Position numbers and translations under genes: made by a program. Source: Tabrizicola sp. (GTDB lineage Bacteria; Pseudomonadota; Alphaproteobacteria; Rhodobacterales; Rhodobacteraceae). From it: a DNA stretch of 64,000 bases. The stretch spans positions 5,854 through 69,853 of the forward strand of contig NZ_JAYRPN010000071.1 in assembly GCF_041911175.1 (NCBI RefSeq), read 5' to 3'. Below are positions 58,386-64,000 of the stretch, piece by piece (the first letter of the stretch is position 1; the number at the start of each line of letters is the position of its first letter). A model generated the notes under the pieces. The model ran no database searches and had not been told where the DNA came from. It saw nothing but the letters and a program-made list of their open reading frames with translations.

Positions 58386-58985
58386 ATGAAAACTATCGCA
58401 GCATTGATTGCCACCGCCGCCCTGACCGCCCCGGCTTTCGCCGGTGGCCCGATTGCCGTCGCCGAGGAACCGGCAGTGGTTCCGGCCGCCGAACCCTATG
58501 TCGCGCCCGGCGTGGACTGGTCGGGTGCCTATGTGGGCGGTCAGCTTGGCTATGGCGATGTCGATTCGAACGGCGCCGGACTCGATGGTCACGGCTGGCT
58601 GGGCGGTGTGCATGCCGGCTACCGCTGGGACATGGGCAACTGGGTCGCCGGGACCGAACTTTCCTGGGACAAGACCTCGATCGACCTCGGGGCCACGGCG
58701 GGCGACCAGCTTGACAGCATCGCCGCGCTGAAGCTGATGGCCGGTCGCGAAATCGGCAACAGCCTGGTCTATGGCACGCTGGGCGCTGCCCATGCCAATG
58801 CCAGCATCGGCGGGGCCGATCTCAGCGACAGCGGCCTGGTCTACGGTCTGGGCTTCGACTACGCGGTGAACGACCGTTGGAGCGTGGGCGGCGAAGTGCT
58901 GCAGCACAACTTCGACAACTTCGACGGGACGACCAACGATTTCGACGCCACCACGATCAAGGCCAAGGTCGGACTCCGGTTCTGA
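58386..58985 (+). CDS. Outer-membrane beta-barrel protein (Omp25/RopB-like), paralog of 38906-39529
   Basis: Signal peptide, DWSGAYVGGQLGYG, C-terminal KVGLRF. Confidence 0.87.
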   Translation: MKTIAALIATAALTAPAFAGGPIAVAEEPAVVPAAEPYVAPGVDWSGAYVGGQLGYGDVDSNGAGLDGHGWLGGVHAGYRWDMGNWVAGTELSWDKTSIDLGATAGDQLDSIAALKLMAGREIGNSLVYGTLGAAHANASIGGADLSDSGLVYGLGFDYAVNDRWSVGGEVLQHNFDNFDGTTNDFDATTIKAKVGLRF

Positions 58986-59027
58986 TCCTGACCTTCAGCG
59001 GCGCGGCTTCCCCCCCGCGCCGCACCC

Positions 59028-59507
59028 TCAGCGACAGGCGACCGGCTGCAGCAGGAAGCTGCGGTCGTCGCCTGAACTGCGTTCCAGCGTCGCGAACCCG
59101 GTATCGTTCTCGAAGGACATGCCATAGCTGGATACGGTGACCAGGATGCCGCCCTTCTTGGCGGGCGTGACCTGGAAGCCCCCGGCATCCCCCTCCATCC
59201 CGCAGTAGAGCGTATCTCCGCCCTCGTTCTCGCAATAGCCGTAACCCTCGAAGGCGCCGCCCGGCACGCCGCGCAGGCGAAGCTCGACATGCAGGCCCAG
59301 CATCGGGTCGGCGATGGTGAAATCCGGGCTGACGGTGATCTGGGTCACACGTTGCGCAGGGTGACTGGCCAGGTGGTCGGCGCTGTAGCTGCGGGCATAG
59401 CAACTGTCAGGGCCGGGAAACATCTGCTCTTGCGGGCTTTTCGCCAGGACGGCGTTGCCGGTGGCGAGGATAAGGATCGACGCGCAAGTTGCAGGACGGA
59501 CTACCAT
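59028..59507 (-). CDS. Secreted hypothetical protein
   Basis: Signal-like N-terminus; CYARSYSADHLASHPAQRV, LYCGMEGDAGGF. Confidence 0.7.
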   Translation of the reverse strand: MVVRPATCASILILATGNAVLAKSPQEQMFPGPDSCYARSYSADHLASHPAQRVTQITVSPDFTIADPMLGLHVELRLRGVPGGAFEGYGYCENEGGDTLYCGMEGDAGGFQVTPAKKGGILVTVSSYGMSFENDTGFATLERSSGDDRSFLLQPVACR

Positions 59508-60400
59508 TTTCCCGTTGCCCCGCCGCCGGACGACCTGCCGCCGCCATAGCCTCCACCACCCCCGTTGCCGCCCCGGTCGCGGTTCTGGCTGCCGACGTTC
59601 TTGTCCCGGCGGCTGTCGCGGCTGCCGAAGCTGACGGGATAGGACCTGTGGTCGGAGAATCCGCAGGCCGAGCAGGTCAGGTGCTGCATCCCGAGCCCGG
59701 ACTCGTAGCGCGTCGGTTGCTGGATCACCTCGCGGCTCCGCTCCAGCGTCAGGGCGCCGCAGTTCGGGCAGGTCCGGTTGGCGCGGCGGCTGCGCCAGAT
59801 GCCGAATCCCGCCAGCCCGGCCACCGCGCCGAAGCCCAGGCCGACCGTGCGCAGGCCCACACCGCCGCCCTCGTCCTCGAATCCGTCCGTGACCGAAACG
59901 GGCTGGCCTGCCAGGAAGGGCGTGATCAACCTGTCGCGGGCCGAGGCGATCCCGGCCTCGATCCCCACCGCGATCTTGCCCTCGCGCAGGGGCGGCAGCA
60001 CGGCGGTCGACAGCACCCGCGCCGCGCGCCCGTCGTAAACCGGGTCGTAGCCGGCGCCGAGCGCGATCCGCGCCTCGCGCGACTGGGTGTCGAGCAGGAG
60101 AAGGATGCCGTCATTGCGGTCCTTCCCGCCGACGCCCCATTCGTTGAAGAGCGCCTTGCCATAATCCTCGATCTTCAGTCCCGCGCCACCCTCGGCGGCA
60201 AGGCCCGGCACGGTGACCACCACCATCTGCACGCCCGTCGCCGCGCGCGTGTCGGTCAGGAGGCGGGTGATCCGCCCCTCTTCCGTGGCGTCCAGCACAT
60301 CGGCGAAATCGGACAGCGTGTCGCTTTGCGGAGAGGGGAGGCCTTGGGAAAACGCGGGCGTGGCAAGGGTCAGCGCGACGGCAACGAATCTGAGGAACAT
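59501..60400 (-). CDS. TPM-domain protein with a C-terminal Zn-ribbon and Gly-rich tail
   Basis: IEDYGKALFNEWGVG.KDRNDGILLL, RI.LG.GY; CPNC...CSAC. Confidence 0.88.
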   Translation of the reverse strand: MFLRFVAVALTLATPAFSQGLPSPQSDTLSDFADVLDATEEGRITRLLTDTRAATGVQMVVVTVPGLAAEGGAGLKIEDYGKALFNEWGVGGKDRNDGILLLLDTQSREARIALGAGYDPVYDGRAARVLSTAVLPPLREGKIAVGIEAGIASARDRLITPFLAGQPVSVTDGFEDEGGGVGLRTVGLGFGAVAGLAGFGIWRSRRANRTCPNCGALTLERSREVIQQPTRYESGLGMQHLTCSACGFSDHRSYPVSFGSRDSRRDKNVGSQNRDRGGNGGGGGYGGGRSSGGGATGKW

Positions 60401-61782
60401 GATGCAAGCATTTCTTGAACTGTCTTTGCGATCAGCATGACATCTTCCTCGCAACAGTCAAACGATCCGACCTGCACCCGGATCGCAAACCGCCCGTCCA
60501 CCCTGGTCTGGGTCAGATAGATTCGCCCATCGTCATTGATCCGCTGCAAAAGCGCCTCGGTCGCCGCATCTGTTTCCAAAGCGAAGCTGAAGAGCGAGAG
60601 CCGCGGCTCGGTCACGATCTCCACCCCCGGCAGCGCGGCAAGCTGGTCGCGCGATGTCAGCGCCCAGGCGATGTGGTTGCGAATCCGCCCCCGCAGCCCC
60701 TCCAGCCCGTAGGCGCGCAGCACGAACCACAGCTTCAGCGCCCGGAACCGGCGGCCGAGCGGCACCGTCCATTCGTTGAAGTTGACGATCTCCTCCCGCC
60801 CCGCCGTCTCCAGATAGGTCGGCCGCAGGCCCAGGGTGCGCACCTGTGCTCCCGGATCCTTCAGGAACTGGATCGAACAGTCGAACTGCGCGCCCAGCCA
60901 TTTGTGCGGGTTGAAAACGATGGACTCCGCCCCTTCGACCCCGGCCCACAACGCGCGGAACTCCGGGCAGATCATCGCCGACCCCGCCCAGGCCGCATCG
61001 ACATGCACCGGCACGCCCTCGGCCTTGGCCACCGCGATGCACTCGGCGATCCGGTCGAAGGCCCCGACGCTGGTGCCCCCCGCGCACAGGATCACGCCCG
61101 CAGGCTGCATCCCCGCCGCCCGGTCCGCCCGGATCGCCGCGCGCAGGGCGTCCCCGGTCATCGCCCGGTCGGCATCCGTCGCCACTTTCACCAGGTTGCG
61201 CTGCCCGATCCCCGCGACCCGGATCGCCTTGTCGACCGAGGAATGCGTCTCGGCGCTGGCGTAGAACCGCAGCACCGGCGCGCCCGACAGTCCCTCCTCC
61301 AGCCCGCGATACCCCAGCGCCTGCTCGCGCATCGTCAGCACCGCCGACAGCGTCGCATTCGTTGCCGAATCGTGGATCGTGCCGACAAACCCCTCCGGCA
61401 GTCCGACGGCCTGGCGCAGCCAGTCGACCATCACCTGCTCCACCTCGGTCGCGGCGGGAGAGGTCTGCCAGATCAGCGCGTTGCAGGCCATCGCATTGAC
61501 CAGCTGTTCCGCCAGCATCGAGGCAGGCGCAGCATTCGCCGGGAAATAGGCAAAGAAGCGCGGATGCTGCCAATGGGTCATGCCATCCGGCACGATCCGC
61601 TCGAAATCGGCCCAGATCGCCTCCATCGCCTCGGCGGCCTCGGGCGGGCCGGGGGGCAGCTGCCGTGCCACGGCGCCCGGCACCAGGGGCGCCCGCACCG
61701 GGCGGTTGCGCAAGCCCGCGTGGTAGTCCGCCGCCCAGTCCGCCGCCCGCTTCGACCAAAGCCGCAATCCCTCGTGGTCCAT
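60370..61782 (-). CDS. Group II PLP-dependent decarboxylase (aromatic-L-amino-acid decarboxylase-like)
   Basis: THWQHPRFFAYFPAN, TSPAATEVE, HSSVDKA, HVDAAWAG, SIVFNPHKW (PLP Lys), LGRRFRALKLWF. Confidence 0.92.
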   Translation of the reverse strand: MDHEGLRLWSKRAADWAADYHAGLRNRPVRAPLVPGAVARQLPPGPPEAAEAMEAIWADFERIVPDGMTHWQHPRFFAYFPANAAPASMLAEQLVNAMACNALIWQTSPAATEVEQVMVDWLRQAVGLPEGFVGTIHDSATNATLSAVLTMREQALGYRGLEEGLSGAPVLRFYASAETHSSVDKAIRVAGIGQRNLVKVATDADRAMTGDALRAAIRADRAAGMQPAGVILCAGGTSVGAFDRIAECIAVAKAEGVPVHVDAAWAGSAMICPEFRALWAGVEGAESIVFNPHKWLGAQFDCSIQFLKDPGAQVRTLGLRPTYLETAGREEIVNFNEWTVPLGRRFRALKLWFVLRAYGLEGLRGRIRNHIAWALTSRDQLAALPGVEIVTEPRLSLFSFALETDAATEALLQRINDDGRIYLTQTRVDGRFAIRVQVGSFDCCEEDVMLIAKTVQEMLASCSSDSLPSR

Positions 61783-61939
61783 CCTTGCCCCCTTTTAGTT
61801 AACGTGTTAATTATTATGTTCCTGCGTGGTTTGGCAAGCTTCCACCGGATTGCCGCCACGCAAGTTCCTTTTTCCCGCCATGCGATCTGGTTAAGGCTAT
61901 GCTCGGCAAAACCCAAGTTCCGATCCTGCGAGAGAACCC

Positions 61940-62560
61940 ATGACACTGACCCGCCGTTCCACCCTTCTTGGCCTGTCGGCCCTGCTCATGTCTGCCTGCG
62001 TCGGGGGCGGCGGCAAGTTCGAGACCGACTACACGCCGGTCCCCGCCGACCTGGCAAAGTCCTGGCGCCTGGCGGAAGTGCGGGTTTCAGTGCCGCAGAC
62101 GCTGGTGGTCTCCGAGGCGAAGACGCTTCTGCCCCGGGCCGATATCGTCTGGCGCGAAGACCCGCTCGGCGACCGCCATGCCCAGGTCGGCAAGATCATC
62201 CAGGCCGCCGTCCTGCGCGGCGCGCAAGGATTGCGCGGATCGCGCCCGGTGATCATCGACATCACGGTGACCCGATTCCACGCCCTGACCTTCGAGGCCG
62301 AGATGTCGAACCACGATTGGGGCGTGCACAACATCGACCTCATCGCCCAGGTTGTCGATGCCCGCTCCGGCGCGGTGCTGTTGCCGGCGACCAAGATCCG
62401 CGCCGAAACCCCGGCCTGGTCGGGCGAACGGATGAAGGCCGCCCGCCGCAAGGGCATCACCCAGAAGTCGATGATCACCAACCACGTTGCGGCCACCATC
62501 GCGGGCTGGCTCGGCCTTGGCCCGGACAACCGTGGCAGCTTCACCCGTCAGGGCGACTGA
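61940..62560 (+). CDS. Lipoprotein (DUF6778-like)
   Basis: Lipobox LLMSAC; VSEA...P.ADIVWREDP.GDR..QV; RFHALT. Confidence 0.8.
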   Translation: MTLTRRSTLLGLSALLMSACVGGGGKFETDYTPVPADLAKSWRLAEVRVSVPQTLVVSEAKTLLPRADIVWREDPLGDRHAQVGKIIQAAVLRGAQGLRGSRPVIIDITVTRFHALTFEAEMSNHDWGVHNIDLIAQVVDARSGAVLLPATKIRAETPAWSGERMKAARRKGITQKSMITNHVAATIAGWLGLGPDNRGSFTRQGD

Positions 62561-62609
62561 GGCCTGACAGGCTTGCGCGGGGCCGCGGCCCCGTGCTACG
62601 CCCGGGGTC

Positions 62610-62654
62610 ATGACGACGTTGCGCAATATCCGCATCTGCTGCATTACCCGCTGA
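62610..62654 (+). CDS. Putative cysS leader peptide MTTLRNIRICCITR
   Basis: ATG...TGC TGC...TGA uORF ending 82 nt before cysS; tandem Cys codons at 62637-62642. Confidence 0.7.
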   Translation: MTTLRNIRICCITR

Positions 62655-62729
62655 CCTCCGGGCGCGGGCGCTTCGTCATTCCCACGAATGAAAAGCCGGT
62701 CCCGCGCAGGGCTGCTGCGTGCTTGGGAC
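62647..62729 (+). promoter_or_regulatory. Putative translational attenuator of cysS (mutually exclusive helices)
   Basis: GCGCGGG(62662-68):CCCGCGC(62701-07) competes with GTCCC-GCGCAG(62699-709):CTGCGT-GCTT-GGGAC(62715-29), which covers the RBS. Confidence 0.6.
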
Positions 62730-62736
62730 GACTGAC

Positions 62737-64000
62737 ATGGTGACGATCCGCCTGACCAATTCGAAGACCCGGAAGAAGGAGGACTTCGTCCCCATCGACC
62801 CGGAAAACGTGCGGATGTATGTCTGCGGCCCCACCGTCTATGACCGCGCGCATCTGGGGAACGCACGCCCCGTGGTGGTGTTCGACACGCTGTTCCGTTT
62901 GTTGCGCCACGTCTACGGGCCGGGCCAGGTGACCTATGTCCGGAACTTCACCGACGTCGACGACAAGATCAACGCCGAGGCGCTGCGGCGGCAGAAGGCC
63001 GGGTCTCCGGGGACGCTGGAGGAACTGATCCACCAGCGCACCGAGGAGACCATCGCCTGGTACCACGCCGACATGGACGCCCTTGGCGCGCTGCGGCCCA
63101 GCATGGAACCCCGCGCGACGGAGTTCATCGGCCAGATGATCGCGATGACCGAGGGGTTGATCGCCTCGGGCCACGCCTATGCGGTGGAGGGGCACGTCCT
63201 GTTCCGGGTCCGGTCCTACAAGGATTACGGCAAGCTCTCGGGCCGCTCGGTGGACGACATGATCGCGGGCGCGCGGGTCGAGGTCGCGCCCTTCAAGGAA
63301 GACCCGATGGATTTCGTGCTGTGGAAGCCGTCGTCGGGGCAGGAACCCGGCTGGCCCTCGCCCTGGGGCAAGGGGCGTCCGGGCTGGCACATCGAATGTT
63401 CGGCGATGGCGCATGAGCTGCTGGGGGAAAGCTTCGACATCCACGGCGGCGGGCTGGACCTGCTATTCCCCCACCTCGAGAACGAGATCGCTCAGTCGGC
63501 CTGCGCCCATCCGCAGGGCGATTTCGCGCATTACTGGCTGCACAACGAGATGCTGCAGGTCGAGGGCAAGAAGATGTCCAAGAGCCTCGGCAACTTCTTC
63601 ACGGTGCGCGACCTGCTGGACCAGGGGATCCCGGGCGAGGTGATCCGGTTCGTCCTGTTGATGACGCATTACCGCAGCCCGATGGACTGGACGGCGGAGA
63701 AGGCGCGGCAGGCGGAAGCGACCTTGCGCAAGTGGCGCACGGCAACGGCTTCGGTTGTTGCGTCCGCCCCGCTGGCGGAGGTGGTCGAGGCGTTGGCCGA
63801 CGACCTCAACACCGCCGGGGCCTTGGCCGCGCTGCACGCGGCGGCGGGCGAGGGGGATTGGGCCGGGGTGAAGGCTTCGGCGGCGCTGCTTGGCCTGCTG
63901 GCCGATGGGTTGGGTGGCTGGGCTACGGCCCCGCAGGTCGACCTCAGCATGCAGACCGAACAGCTTGCCTCGCTCCGCGCCGCCGCGATGGCGTCCAAGG
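62737..64000 (+). CDS. cysS: Cysteine--tRNA ligase (3' end beyond the window)
   Basis: [60 protein letters not shown]. Confidence 0.96.
   Translation, partial: MVTIRLTNSKTRKKEDFVPIDPENVRMYVCGPTVYDRAHLGNARPVVVFDTLFRLLRHVYGPGQVTYVRNFTDVDDKINAEALRRQKAGSPGTLEELIHQRTEETIAWYHADMDALGALRPSMEPRATEFIGQMIAMTEGLIASGHAYAVEGHVLFRVRSYKDYGKLSGRSVDDMIAGARVEVAPFKEDPMDFVLWKPSSGQEPGWPSPWGKGRPGWHIECSAMAHELLGESFDIHGGGLDLLFPHLENEIAQSACAHPQGDFAHYWLHNEMLQVEGKKMSKSLGNFFTVRDLLDQGIPGEVIRFVLLMTHYRSPMDWTAEKARQAEATLRKWRTATASVVASAPLAEVVEALADDLNTAGALAALHAAAGEGDWAGVKASAALLGLLADGLGGWATAPQVDLSMQTEQLASLRAAAMASK

Overview
High-GC (~68%) chromosomal segment of a Rhodobacteraceae/Paracoccaceae-type alphaproteobacterium; the taxon is inferred from gene content and order. 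It is mostly housekeeping: xth, erpA, dgt, dsbB, tRNA-Leu(CAA), a GcvT-family dehydrogenase, a branched-chain-type ABC transporter with two tandem substrate-binding genes, a GlxA-type regulator, class II DAHP synthase, yicC, gmk, phoR, nucleoside hydrolase, an Fe(III)-binding protein, gdx/sugE, mazG, speB, prfA, prmC, an ECF sigma/anti-sigma/fasciclin trio, an ASKHA corrinoid activator, an ABC-F ATPase and cysS (cut by the window end). Standout observations: (1) an unannotated 14-aa leader peptide with tandem Cys codons and mutually exclusive helices in front of cysS, i.e. a candidate cysteine-sensing translational attenuator; (2) a low-GC, single-gene TIR-STAND-wHTH-TPR (NLR-like) defence candidate with degenerate Walker motifs; (3) four copies of a ~80-bp non-coding element built on the palindrome TGTCCACNGTGGACA, some sitting next to accessory genes and strongly GC-skewed DNA; (4) two Hint-domain genes after the tRNA; (5) candidate guanidine-riboswitch and operator motifs. 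No integrase, transposase, rRNA or CRISPR array was seen. All counts and alignments were done by eye, and no database search was run.
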